Of a DNA stretch of 47,470 nt, positions 16,749 to 25,753 are shown piece by piece; position 1 is the stretch's first letter; every line of letters starts with the position of its first letter. The position numbers were made by a program, and so were the translations under genes. Source of the DNA: a virus; IMG/VR virus record IMGVR_UViG_3300045988_167502; one strand, given 5' to 3'. The notes beneath the pieces are model-generated. The model saw only the letters and a program-made list of their open reading frames with translations. It did not search any database and was not told where the DNA came from.

Positions 16749-19700
16749 TTAACTTCTATGACTTTTTATGTAATATGCAGCAGGACTACAAGCAAGTGTT
16801 AATACATCTCCACTTCCCATATCTATGTAACTTAAAATATCTCCATCATTGGTTATTAACCCTCCGCCTCCTGCTGACTCTATTTGTACACGTATTCTTT
16901 TATTCCCAACTTGGTCTTTATACGCCATTATTATTGTAAGTTCATAGTAAGGGTATAGCCTATTACGTGAGACAACGGGTATTCCCATTTTGTTTAACTT
17001 ATTAGCTATAGTATTATAGTTAGGCAACCATACTTCATTAAAGTTTGATAATACGTCAGTAAAAACGAACTTATGAGTAACACCTATCCAATCCATAATA
17101 GTGTCTCTTCCTGCTACTCCATAATATGAGTATTCAAAATGAGCGTTTGCACCAAATGATAATGTGTCACCATAAAGCGTTTGAGCCCGATTGTTTCTAT
17201 AACCAAAAAGAGTATCTGTTTCATCGTTAGGGTGAGGTGGTACTGATATTATTTGACCAGTGAAATTATTTAAATCTGAACTTGATTTTGGGTATTTAGC
17301 ATCTCTGTCTATTCTCATTAAAGCTCCATTAGCTCCAAATACAGAACCAGATATAGAACCGAACCTTGCCATTAGTCCATTAGGGTCATCACGATATATT
17401 AATCCAGTACCTCCAAACTTTGTTCCTCCTTTTACGTGATTCTTTTCTTTATCCCATTCTTTTGAATACAATCCTCCAGTAAAAACTAAATCACCACTTA
17501 TTTCTCCTCCTTTAGCTTTGATTTTGGATGTGAAAAGAACACCATCATCTTGGACTCTAAAAGGAGCTTCTTCTTTTTTGTCGTATCCACTTCCAGCAAA
17601 GAAACGTATAGACTCACCCGATAACCCTGCCCCATTAATACCAGCATTGCCTCCTAACGTATTACCAACAGTTAAAGCACCAGTAGTAATTGTATTTTTT
17701 ACTACCTCTGTGCCATTGATGTAGTCAGTGCCTTTGCTAAACATACCATTGATAAACTTAACGTTTGCTTTTTCGGCTTCTGTCAGGTTCATTGCATTTT
17801 TATCAATGATACCCAAATCTACCATTGTATACCATACGTCTTCTGGTGCAGGAGACCAATCAGTGGGTTTGTTGCCTCGTTCGAGTTTAATCCATTCTAT
17901 GGTGCTATCTACTACAATATTTGACTGATAAGTCCAAATCCACAAACTTTTATTTTTTGTGACACCAATCCTCCAAGAAAATGTATTTTGATATATACCA
18001 TTACCAACATCTTTCAAGGTGCTTATCTCAACACTATTACCACTATTATACAATGCAAATGCTACTTTCCCCGTGCCCAATTTACCTTTGATAGTTGCAG
18101 TTACTGTTTCCCCCTCTTTTAATTCTGTAGTAATATCATAAGTAGCAATGAGATAGTTATTATTTGTTATTTTTATGCCACTATTTTTTAACAAATTTCT
18201 TCCTCCAATATGAATATTGTTGATACTTGATTTTAGTCTATTCTTCAATGAAAGCAAATCAGGGCTTACAAGTTGTTTTATCTCGGTTTTATTACCATCT
18301 GTTATTTTAAGATTTGCTTTGATTTCTATATGGTCATCAAAGAGATGTATATACTGCTGTCCGTTCCCTGATGTTATTTTGTCAGTTTTGATTTGTCCGC
18401 CTGTGATTTCTGTAAATCCATTGAGTTTAGCAATACCTCTCTCACCTTCGTATTCTGAATTGACGGTGGCATATAGGAAATGATAAAAGCCCGCTTCTTG
18501 TTCTAAATCTATCTTGTTTTCTGATAGAATAAATTCAGCGATCTCATCGTTTTTGCTTGCTTTGATGTATAGGTAGTAGGTTTTGGCTTCATCGTCCAAA
18601 CGCCCTGATACGAAAGCAGGGATATTCCAATATTTATAGTCCGTAGCCGAATGATTAGGTTTAACATCGGAACTTCCTAATGTAAAATGTTTGAGCCAAC
18701 CGCTACCTGCATTGATTTGTTTGGTGTTTTTATCGAAATAGAGTGTGTGAGGTGCTTTTATAGGGTTTGTTTTAGATACAACAAAATCGAACTGGGTAGA
18801 TTTATTACCAATAAGAGCCATCATAGTTTGTACAGTGGCAGGAACAATGCTTTTGGTGTACTCAGGAAATGCCTTTTCTATTTGTTTTATAGTCTCTTGT
18901 GCGTCTCTCCAGCTTCGTTTAGTCTCAGATATAGTGCGCTTATTGAGTTCTCCAAAATATACTTCTTGGTTTTGGAGTTTGCGCATTTCAGAGGCGAAAG
19001 AATGCCCTTGTACCTTGTTGGATAGTTCTATTTGTGGACTATAAGGGTTGTTTACATATTCTTTTAGCCCGATGATACGAATTGGCACGGGTGTACGTTG
19101 GAACTCGGTATCGGAGAAATTGATATATGCGCCCATTTTGATTCGCCCGCCTATGTTTGCCCATTTCTTCTTTGCCCATATACCGTCTAAATCACCGGTG
19201 AATGTAAATAGGTCTGTGCGATTTTCATATAGGTATTTGCACGCTTCTTTCATCATCTCCCAACTTGCACCTGACTTGGTTGTGTTGTCGCTGATGTAGG
19301 CGTTGGGCATTTGCATATTATACACGGAATACTGGTCGCCTATGGCAGGTTTGAATATATCATTAGGCATAGTAACGCCGTCTTCTTCTTTTGGCACAAG
19401 CTGGAAACGTTTTTGTGAATGGTCGTATTTCTGTACCTCAAACTCTCTACCTGATAACATTCCGCTTTCAAAGTAGATAAGCATTTTTTCACCTTTGATT
19501 TGCATAGCATTGAAATCAAGGGCTTGTGGTATGGAAGTATCAGTAAAGTCGTAAAAGTGTTTGGCTTTATCGACTTCAAAGACTTCTGTAATTGTGCCTT
19601 TCCGTTTAGGATATATATGTGATAGGTCGAGGCTTTGCTCATTTACAAAGCCGTTATTTTGGGCGTTCTTAATTGCTATAGATAGCCCTTTGTCATCTGA

Positions 19701-20417
19701 AACGAATGTTACACCCTCGTAAACGTACTCTTGTGATTTAGGTAGTAATAATTCTTTATTGCCGTACTTGGAACGGTCGATATTGCGTTCGCCCCCTTGT
19801 ACATATAAGCGAGTGATACGACTTTGTTCAGTATTACGACTTACACCTGTCTTAAATCCCTTACCCTTGCCATATTGAAGTGGTAGGGGATTGTCTTTAA
19901 AATACTCTACCTTATGCAAATGAATGGTTTTGCCTATGATTTCGTATTCTGTTTCAAAGGCTTTGGCTATCATTTCCAACGCTTCGAGGCAGTTGTTATG
20001 GCTGTATGATACGAGCTTCTCAGAGGCTTCGATACAGTTACCTACTTGCCACCCGCTATCTATCATATTGAGGCAATCGACAAGGATTTGAACGTGATAG
20101 CGAGGTGAGGCGGTGAATGGGAATTTTAATGTCTTATCATTAGGATTCCGAAACTTGTAGTTTTTGAGGTTTGCACCCTCGCTGTCCATAGTGAGGGTGT
20201 ATTCAAAGTTGCGTGTGTTATGTTTTACGATTTTTGCAGGTTGGTTGAGTGTATAACGCTCATTAGCAAACTCGCACCACGCACCCGTAGGAATTTCGGT
20301 ATAGGTGGATAACGAAAAATATAAGGTAAGCGTATGCTCGCCCATTATAGAGCGGTAACGATAGCTCTCATCAGTAGGGAGAATATCTATATGGGTGGCG
20401 TTAAAATTGATTTGCAT
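16749..20417 (-). CDS. tail tip / Tal-like tail protein with C-terminal receptor-binding region (putative)
   Basis: 1222 aa. The N-terminal roughly 350 aa (ERYTLNQPAKIVKHN...GWQVGNC...CLEALEMIAKAFETEYEI) resembles siphovirus Tal/prophage-tail N-terminal domains. Confidence 0.55.
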   Translation of the reverse strand: MQINFNATHIDILPTDESYRYRSIMGEHTLTLYFSLSTYTEIPTGAWCEFANERYTLNQPAKIVKHNTRNFEYTLTMDSEGANLKNYKFRNPNDKTLKFPFTASPRYHVQILVDCLNMIDSGWQVGNCIEASEKLVSYSHNNCLEALEMIAKAFETEYEIIGKTIHLHKVEYFKDNPLPLQYGKGKGFKTGVSRNTEQSRITRLYVQGGERNIDRSKYGNKELLLPKSQEYVYEGVTFVSDDKGLSIAIKNAQNNGFVNEQSLDLSHIYPKRKGTITEVFEVDKAKHFYDFTDTSIPQALDFNAMQIKGEKMLIYFESGMLSGREFEVQKYDHSQKRFQLVPKEEDGVTMPNDIFKPAIGDQYSVYNMQMPNAYISDNTTKSGASWEMMKEACKYLYENRTDLFTFTGDLDGIWAKKKWANIGGRIKMGAYINFSDTEFQRTPVPIRIIGLKEYVNNPYSPQIELSNKVQGHSFASEMRKLQNQEVYFGELNKRTISETKRSWRDAQETIKQIEKAFPEYTKSIVPATVQTMMALIGNKSTQFDFVVSKTNPIKAPHTLYFDKNTKQINAGSGWLKHFTLGSSDVKPNHSATDYKYWNIPAFVSGRLDDEAKTYYLYIKASKNDEIAEFILSENKIDLEQEAGFYHFLYATVNSEYEGERGIAKLNGFTEITGGQIKTDKITSGNGQQYIHLFDDHIEIKANLKITDGNKTEIKQLVSPDLLSLKNRLKSSINNIHIGGRNLLKNSGIKITNNNYLIATYDITTELKEGETVTATIKGKLGTGKVAFALYNSGNSVEISTLKDVGNGIYQNTFSWRIGVTKNKSLWIWTYQSNIVVDSTIEWIKLERGNKPTDWSPAPEDVWYTMVDLGIIDKNAMNLTEAEKANVKFINGMFSKGTDYINGTEVVKNTITTGALTVGNTLGGNAGINGAGLSGESIRFFAGSGYDKKEEAPFRVQDDGVLFTSKIKAKGGEISGDLVFTGGLYSKEWDKEKNHVKGGTKFGGTGLIYRDDPNGLMARFGSISGSVFGANGALMRIDRDAKYPKSSSDLNNFTGQIISVPPHPNDETDTLFGYRNNRAQTLYGDTLSFGANAHFEYSYYGVAGRDTIMDWIGVTHKFVFTDVLSNFNEVWLPNYNTIANKLNKMGIPVVSRNRLYPYYELTIIMAYKDQVGNKRIRVQIESAGGGGLITNDGDILSYIDMGSGDVLTLACSPAAYYIKSHRS

Positions 20418-20436
20418 ATTATTTAGCTGTTAGTTG

Positions 20437-21228
20437 TTAGACAATTGTTAGTTGTAAGTCGAATTTGCACCATATTAGGGGTGTATCAATGTATAGTTCG
20501 GTTATTTTGCCGTCTTTATAGATACAAGGATATTCCTTGTTGTCGTATTTTAGGGTTCGGGCGTTGGGTCGCACTAAATTATAAAGTAGGGCGTAATACC
20601 CTTTGAGAAAGTCGGTAATAGGTAGGTATATAAAGCATTTGAGAGTAGCTGTTCGCTCCTGAATAGTAACAGGTGCATTCACTGAAACAAGTCCATTCAT
20701 TGTGCTGTTTTGTGCGGTGAAATACGTTTTGGCATTACCTGCTGTTATGATTTCCTGTTGAGTGCCTTCTAATAGGGTTATACCGTATTGAGTTAGATTT
20801 TTACCGTCAATATAGGTTTCTACATTGTGAGCGGTTAGGGTTGGGGCTTGGTAGGTGTAATTCTGTAACGGACTATCGTCTGAAAGACGAATATCGGCTA
20901 CTATATAATTACCATTAGTTTGTACTTTATTGAGACCTACGAGGCGGAGCTTGTAGGTATGCTGTAACTGCTTAAAGGTATAATCGGCATACGTATTAGC
21001 AGTAAGGAGCGTTACTAACTGGCTGTATTTACTTTCAGGCAGTAATAGTTGTAGAGTGAGCTCCTTTGCCGACAGTTGGGGACTGGCAAGGTCATACTCT
21101 GTACCGTTTTCCTCTGCCCAATCATTTTTATTGGGTATTTTGAGGGCGGGGTATGAGAGGAGGCTTGCGATTGAACCTTCTACAAGTTTAGCATTTATGG
21201 TTTGTATGTCGGTATTATTGATTTTCAT
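20437..21228 (-). CDS. distal tail protein-like (putative)
   Basis: 263 aa directly upstream of the Tal-like gene. Confidence 0.35.
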   Translation of the reverse strand: MKINNTDIQTINAKLVEGSIASLLSYPALKIPNKNDWAEENGTEYDLASPQLSAKELTLQLLLPESKYSQLVTLLTANTYADYTFKQLQHTYKLRLVGLNKVQTNGNYIVADIRLSDDSPLQNYTYQAPTLTAHNVETYIDGKNLTQYGITLLEGTQQEIITAGNAKTYFTAQNSTMNGLVSVNAPVTIQERTATLKCFIYLPITDFLKGYYALLYNLVRPNARTLKYDNKEYPCIYKDGKITELYIDTPLIWCKFDLQLTIV

Positions 21229-22400
21229 TAGTAAAATATACCAGTTAGGTCTTTAGGTTTGCGGTTGCGCCCTAATATTTCTTCTAAGAATACATACCTT
21301 GTGGCATCGATAGCGTGGTTAAAGGTGTCAATAGGCACGTTAAGGAAAGCTCCACTTTTATCCTGTGCATAGGTGTAATTCTTAAACTCTTTGATAATGT
21401 TTTCGCTTCGGCGGGTGATACATATTTCGTACTCTAACATTTTGGTTAGCCCTTCCATTACCGAACCTTGTCCTTTGGTTACCGCCACAATACTATAATC
21501 AGCATTTTTTATTTCTTTCACTAATCGAGGGTCGGCACTTTCGGAAATGATTTTGTAGTTACGATAAGGTCGAAGGGCTTCGATAATGTCAGTGGTGAGC
21601 ATTTGCGTTTGGTAGCATATTTCATCAATATATACCTTGTTATCCAAAAAAGCTACTTCCACAATAGCGGTAGGGTCGTGAGTAAAACCAAAGTCGAGCC
21701 CTATAAAACGTTTCTTTGCCCAAATAGGGATTTCGTCAATAAGGGTAACCTTTTCAAAGATGAGCCCCTCTATCATCGCTTGTTGTCCTAATCCGTATAC
21801 CTGCCAAAGTGATTTGTTCTTGTGCTGTAAGCTCTCAATCTCATCAATAATCGTTTGTTCCAAAAAAGGGTTATCCTTATAGGTGGAAATGAAATGATAG
21901 GTACGAGAGTCTTTGTTGAGTTCACACAGCCAATGGTCATCGGAAAATGAGGGGTTATAATCGACAATAGTGAATTGGGTAGTACGCATTTTTAGCTGTT
22001 GAAACTCGATAAACTTGAGTTCGTTGGCTTCATTGACGTACAATATATCGCGCTTACGACCCCTTAACTTTTGTTCGCTATCGGTCGAAAAGAACTCTAC
22101 CCACGAGCCGTTAGGAAAGGTGTATATCATTTCGGACTTATTGAGGCAGGATTCATCGAATACATTTAACTTGTATAGTATTTCCTTAAAGTCAATAAAT
22201 ACCGAGCCTTTGATTGCTGGTAGTGTGGCACGGACGATAGAAAGGCGTGTCTTATGGTGCGATAAGCAATAGACGATAAGCCAAATAAGGATATTGTAGG
22301 TTTTCGAGCTACGGCTGGAGCCTTGTGCTGATACAGTGGTATAACCCTTTTTAATAGCTTTATCAACTTGTGCATATATGTTAGTTGTTTGTATCGTCAT
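21228..22400 (-). CDS. terL: terminase large subunit (PBSX/terminase_3-like)
   Basis: Walker A-like GSSRSSKT. 20-nt overlap with the small subunit gene. Confidence 0.85.
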   Translation of the reverse strand: MTIQTTNIYAQVDKAIKKGYTTVSAQGSSRSSKTYNILIWLIVYCLSHHKTRLSIVRATLPAIKGSVFIDFKEILYKLNVFDESCLNKSEMIYTFPNGSWVEFFSTDSEQKLRGRKRDILYVNEANELKFIEFQQLKMRTTQFTIVDYNPSFSDDHWLCELNKDSRTYHFISTYKDNPFLEQTIIDEIESLQHKNKSLWQVYGLGQQAMIEGLIFEKVTLIDEIPIWAKKRFIGLDFGFTHDPTAIVEVAFLDNKVYIDEICYQTQMLTTDIIEALRPYRNYKIISESADPRLVKEIKNADYSIVAVTKGQGSVMEGLTKMLEYEICITRRSENIIKEFKNYTYAQDKSGAFLNVPIDTFNHAIDATRYVFLEEILGRNRKPKDLTGIFY

Positions 22401-22863
22401 CGTCGGTGCGTACTTGTTCGCGTTTGTCGATTATCTCGATGTTGATGTTTGATGATAGGGGGTTGCCAGCGGTGGTAAGGTCGAGCTTGTCGGTTATACC
22501 ATCTTCTACTCGGAAAGTGCTCATTATACTTTGCATTGCTTGCATACGTGTTTTGTAATCAACAGTCACTTCACGGAATTTGCCTTGTATTACAGTGCCG
22601 TCTTCATCGGTGAGAGGCTCTTTAATAATTCCTGCCATAGCAATAAGGGTCATTGTATTAGCAACTTCGTTAAACACACGTGCTCGATATGCTTTTTGGA
22701 CTTCCAATAGTTCAGGTTTTTTGCGAGTGCGACTATATACAGATGAATAAGTAACGCCAAGTATTTCAGCTGCCTTAGTAGGTTGTCCGTTGGCTTGTAT
22801 TAATGCTTGTTTGAGTTCCTCATCGGTGTATTTTTCGTTATCTATTTTCTTACGGGGTTTCAT
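22381..22863 (-). CDS. terS: terminase small subunit (HTH)
   Basis: HTH KAAEILGVTYSSVYSRTRK, immediately upstream of terL. Confidence 0.6.
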   Translation of the reverse strand: MKPRKKIDNEKYTDEELKQALIQANGQPTKAAEILGVTYSSVYSRTRKKPELLEVQKAYRARVFNEVANTMTLIAMAGIIKEPLTDEDGTVIQGKFREVTVDYKTRMQAMQSIMSTFRVEDGITDKLDLTTAGNPLSSNINIEIIDKREQVRTDDDDTNN

Positions 22864-22884
22864 ATCAAAAGTTATTAAATGTTA

Positions 22885-23634
22885 TTAGTCTATGCGTTCT
22901 ACCTTTGCCGATAGTGTTTCTCCTTTTATCATTTTAAATTCAGGGTCAAACCCCATACGGAGCATAAAGGCTTCTTTGTTTTTCCAGTTATCAAAGGAAA
23001 GCGTTACATAGGCGTCTAAGTTTTGGGCTTTTTCAATAGCTTGTTGTTTAATAGCTTCTTTTGTTTCTTTAACTTGCTGCTTTTTCTCTTCATTGGATAT
23101 TTCTCGCTCAATGTCTTTTTCCTGCTTTATGGGGGCATATGTTTCTTCTATGGCTTGTGATAAGTTGGGCACTTCAAAGCTGGAATAATCAACAGCATAT
23201 AGGTTAAGGTCATAATCGTCAAGCCCCGCATTGAGGTAATCAATATCAGGAATGAGTGAGCGCATTAGCTCTTCGTCAAGTTCGGTACGTGAGCGTGTCT
23301 GAAATATATTTTGTTCCTTTTCTGTTTTAAGGTCAAAAGACACTTTTTCTACTTTGATTGTGTAGTCAGTAGCAGGTGTACCATCGTACTTGTGGATAAT
23401 ATCAAGGGACATTACCCGCTTATGTCCATCTACAAGGTTTGAGGTTTGCTCATTCCAAATTATGCCACCTAAAAATCCTACGTTTTTGATGTTTTTACGC
23501 ATTTGTGCGATTTGCTCATCTGTATGCTTTTTAGGATTGAAAGGAGCAAAGTTTATTTGTGAGCGGTGTATGGTGACGGTCTCACTTTGCTTGTATAGTT
23601 CCTTTGGTGTTTTTGTTTTTTTGGTCATAGTCAA
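22885..23634 (-). CDS. ParB/sulfiredoxin-like nuclease-domain protein (IbrB-like)
   Basis: ParB N-terminal domain motif NLVDGHKRV. Confidence 0.7.
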   Translation of the reverse strand: MTMTKKTKTPKELYKQSETVTIHRSQINFAPFNPKKHTDEQIAQMRKNIKNVGFLGGIIWNEQTSNLVDGHKRVMSLDIIHKYDGTPATDYTIKVEKVSFDLKTEKEQNIFQTRSRTELDEELMRSLIPDIDYLNAGLDDYDLNLYAVDYSSFEVPNLSQAIEETYAPIKQEKDIEREISNEEKKQQVKETKEAIKQQAIEKAQNLDAYVTLSFDNWKNKEAFMLRMGFDPEFKMIKGETLSAKVERID

Positions 23635-24280
23635 ATAGTATTTTCTCAGATAAAGGATAAACGTCTAATATTTTTTGCAAATCATTGGGGTAATGCTCGC
23701 GTAGGTATAGATATACATCGAGGTCAAAAGTTATCCCATTACTTTTTTTGTTGCTGTACTGTATCGGTTTAGGTAATCGGTTATTACTGATGTATCGAAG
23801 TACATCTTTGTCTTTCCATAGAGAAAATGGATATACGAGATTTGTAGGTGAAATAGCTTGCAATTCGTATTGTCGTAACATTATACGTCTATTCATACTA
23901 TCAGACTGTTTCATTCCTAAAAACACGTACTCGATTTGTGTTTCAATGCGTACCGATTGTATAATGTCTGATAGTTTGAGTATGCGTGTATTTTGGGGAG
24001 TACAAAATAATCCTGACTTATTGATGTAAGTAAGGGCGTAATGAGGACGCTGTATAAATGAAATATTAGGATATTGTTTTTTTGAGAAGTTAATAAACTT
24101 ATTGATATGCTCTAAATCTTTCACAAAATACATAAACACACACACAACCTCGCTGAAGTTTTTAGCGCACCAGTGTAATAATGCGATACTGTCTTTTCCA
24201 CAGGAGTAAAATAGCAAAACACGGTTAGTTTTTTTTCTAACCGTGTCTATAACTCGCTGTGTGTGTTGGTAGATATTCAT
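23582..24280 (-). CDS. PAPS reductase / PP-loop ATPase family protein (IbrA/DndC-like)
   Basis: PP-loop motif FYSCGKDS. Overlaps the ParB-like gene by 53 nt. Confidence 0.75.
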   Translation of the reverse strand: MNIYQHTQRVIDTVRKKTNRVLLFYSCGKDSIALLHWCAKNFSEVVCVFMYFVKDLEHINKFINFSKKQYPNISFIQRPHYALTYINKSGLFCTPQNTRILKLSDIIQSVRIETQIEYVFLGMKQSDSMNRRIMLRQYELQAISPTNLVYPFSLWKDKDVLRYISNNRLPKPIQYSNKKSNGITFDLDVYLYLREHYPNDLQKILDVYPLSEKILFDYDQKNKNTKGTIQAK

Positions 24281-24381
24281 AGGTTAGCCTGCTGAAAGCC
24301 CTGCTTGTTTTCGCAAGGCTGCATATACATTTCGTCTACGTTGTCGCACAGACAACGCTTGACCTTTCTGATTTCTACCAT
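24277..24381 (-). CDS. candidate 34-aa Cys-containing peptide MVEIRKVKRCLCDNVDEMYMQPCENKQGFQQANL
   Basis: ATG-initiated ORF whose TGA overlaps the ATG of the PAPS-reductase gene (ATGA). Not in the ORF track because it is under 60 aa. Confidence 0.25.
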   Translation of the reverse strand: MVEIRKVKRCLCDNVDEMYMQPCENKQGFQQANL

Positions 24382-24469
24382 ATCGGGCTACTCTACTGAT
24401 ACCCGACGTTCTGTTGATTTGTTTTTGGATTTGTGTTTTTCTAACTCAGCTGAATGTTTTAAAAGGTTA

Positions 24470-24826
24470 TTAAATATTTTTAGTATTCAACACTTTACCC
24501 AATGTATACACTATTTGGGATTCGATGTACTCTTCGCCATCTTCTTCGTAGGTGATATACTCATCGTTTTCATCTACTGAAAGCTCAATGCGAGTGTCTT
24601 TAATTTCGACAAGTGCTTCAGGTCGGTCGGTTGCATAACCGTTGAAAAACCTAATAGCATCATATTTTACTGGTTGAAGCCACTGGTCTTCATCTTCTGC
24701 ATCTGGATTTTGGACAACGTACTTGTCGGCATTCTTTGGACGTATTTCACGATACTCTTCGGTTTTCTCGCCCGATAGTATAGCCTCTAAATAAGGGCGT
24801 TTGATTTGTAATGTTAATATTTTCAT
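24470..24826 (-). CDS. ASCH/PUA-like domain protein (paralog of 32158..32451)
   Basis: N-terminal LSGEKTEEYREIRP and C-terminal LGKVLNTKNI are shared with the 97-aa ORF. Confidence 0.5.
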   Translation of the reverse strand: MKILTLQIKRPYLEAILSGEKTEEYREIRPKNADKYVVQNPDAEDEDQWLQPVKYDAIRFFNGYATDRPEALVEIKDTRIELSVDENDEYITYEEDGEEYIESQIVYTLGKVLNTKNI

Positions 24827-24844
24827 ATTGTAATATTTTATTAG

Positions 24845-24918
24845 TTGCGGGGGAAGGGCTCGAACCTTCGACCTCGTGCAAGTTAAACACGCAAGCTACC
24901 CAACTGCTCTACCCCGCT
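24845..24918 (-). tRNA. phage tRNA, initiator-like scaffold, anticodon loop UUAACUU (formal anticodon AAC)
   Basis: 74-nt cloverleaf. Acceptor G2-G7/C66-C71 with an A1xA72 mismatch and A73. D stem GAGC/GCTT with A11:U24. Anticodon stem CGTGT/GCACG. T arm GAAGG-TTCGAGC-CCTTC. Confidence 0.7.
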
Positions 24919-24925
24919 GGTAGGG

Positions 24926-24933
24926 CAAAGGTA
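24926..24933 (-). promoter_or_regulatory. -7 box (reverse complement TACCTTTG), 7 nt upstream of the tRNA 5' end
   Basis: Consensus match. Follows the terminator at 25011..25033. Confidence 0.5.
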
Positions 24934-25010
24934 CGGCGACTATTGCTATATAGTGCTCTTCGTGTTTAGTAAAAAGTTAGTAATTATTTAGTAATTGATA
25001 TTTTTTAAAT

Positions 25011-25033
25011 AAAGCCCCTTAATTGGGGCTTTT
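25011..25033 (-). terminator. hairpin AAAGCCCC-AATTAA-GGGGCTTT (minus-strand reading)
   Basis: Third copy of the conserved hairpin, directly after the stop of 25035..25751. Confidence 0.55.
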
Positions 25034-25034
25034 A

Positions 25035-25751
25035 TTATTGAATTATTGAGTGTATAAACTCACGACCTTTTTCAGTCCAAACAGTGGAGGAACTTGTACG
25101 GGTCTCACCTTGACTATCTGTATAAGTATGGGTAACCGTTTTTGTGTAGCCTTTATCTTGGTGGTGATGATACAACAACCATTGACCGCCTTGCTTGTAC
25201 TGCACTTTTAATTCGTGTAGCCTCTTATTGAGCGTTACAGCACTCATACCAAGTTCTTTTGCGATTTGGTTAGCGTTGTAGGTGCTTTTAGACGTTAAAA
25301 CATCTTCATAATACGCAACCTTTGGGGCTTGCTTTTGCAACTCGACACGCTGTAAGTCATTTTGCGCTTGTAGTCGTTCTTTGGCTTCTACTTCTTCTAA
25401 AAGAGACTGTAACGCCTCTTTATAGGTAGTAGGTAACGCAAACTTACCGTTTCTTAATTGCTTTTCACACTCAATAAAATACTGGCGAGCCATTTTGCCC
25501 CTTTCAGAGCGTTGCAACATTGAAATTTCTTTTGCACAATCAAGGGTAAGGGCATAGTCTATAAGTGCTTGATTTGCAAGGGTGTTAAAAAATTCACACC
25601 CTTGATAATCAATATTTTCAGTAAAACCATACTGTAACATTCTTTCGAACCAACTACTAAACCTTTCAGTAATTTCTAAGAATTTGTGTAATTCCCTTGC
25701 TGATACTGCTTGATTGCCGTTTTGTTCGGTGATTTTTATTAACTCTTTCAT
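25035..25751 (-). CDS. antirepressor-like protein (AntA/BRO-type N-terminus plus KilA-C domain)
   Basis: AVSARELHKFLE...FSSWFERMLQYGF, then APKVAYYEDVL...IAKELGMSAVTLNK. Confidence 0.7.
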   Translation of the reverse strand: MKELIKITEQNGNQAVSARELHKFLEITERFSSWFERMLQYGFTENIDYQGCEFFNTLANQALIDYALTLDCAKEISMLQRSERGKMARQYFIECEKQLRNGKFALPTTYKEALQSLLEEVEAKERLQAQNDLQRVELQKQAPKVAYYEDVLTSKSTYNANQIAKELGMSAVTLNKRLHELKVQYKQGGQWLLYHHHQDKGYTKTVTHTYTDSQGETRTSSSTVWTEKGREFIHSIIQ

Positions 25752-25753
25752 AG

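Noticed and set aside
19340-19642. 100-aa minus-strand ORF in a second frame inside the Tal-like gene. Similar cases are 22166..22375 and 13235..13453.
   Set aside because: These are alternative-frame shadows of long supported ORFs, with no independent signals.
24305-24580. 91-aa plus-strand ORF spanning the ASCH/PAPS-reductase intergenic region.
   Set aside because: It is antisense to the operon, has no -7 box, and overlaps the ASCH gene. The minus-strand 34-codon ORF coupled by ATGA to the next gene is a better, though still weak, explanation.
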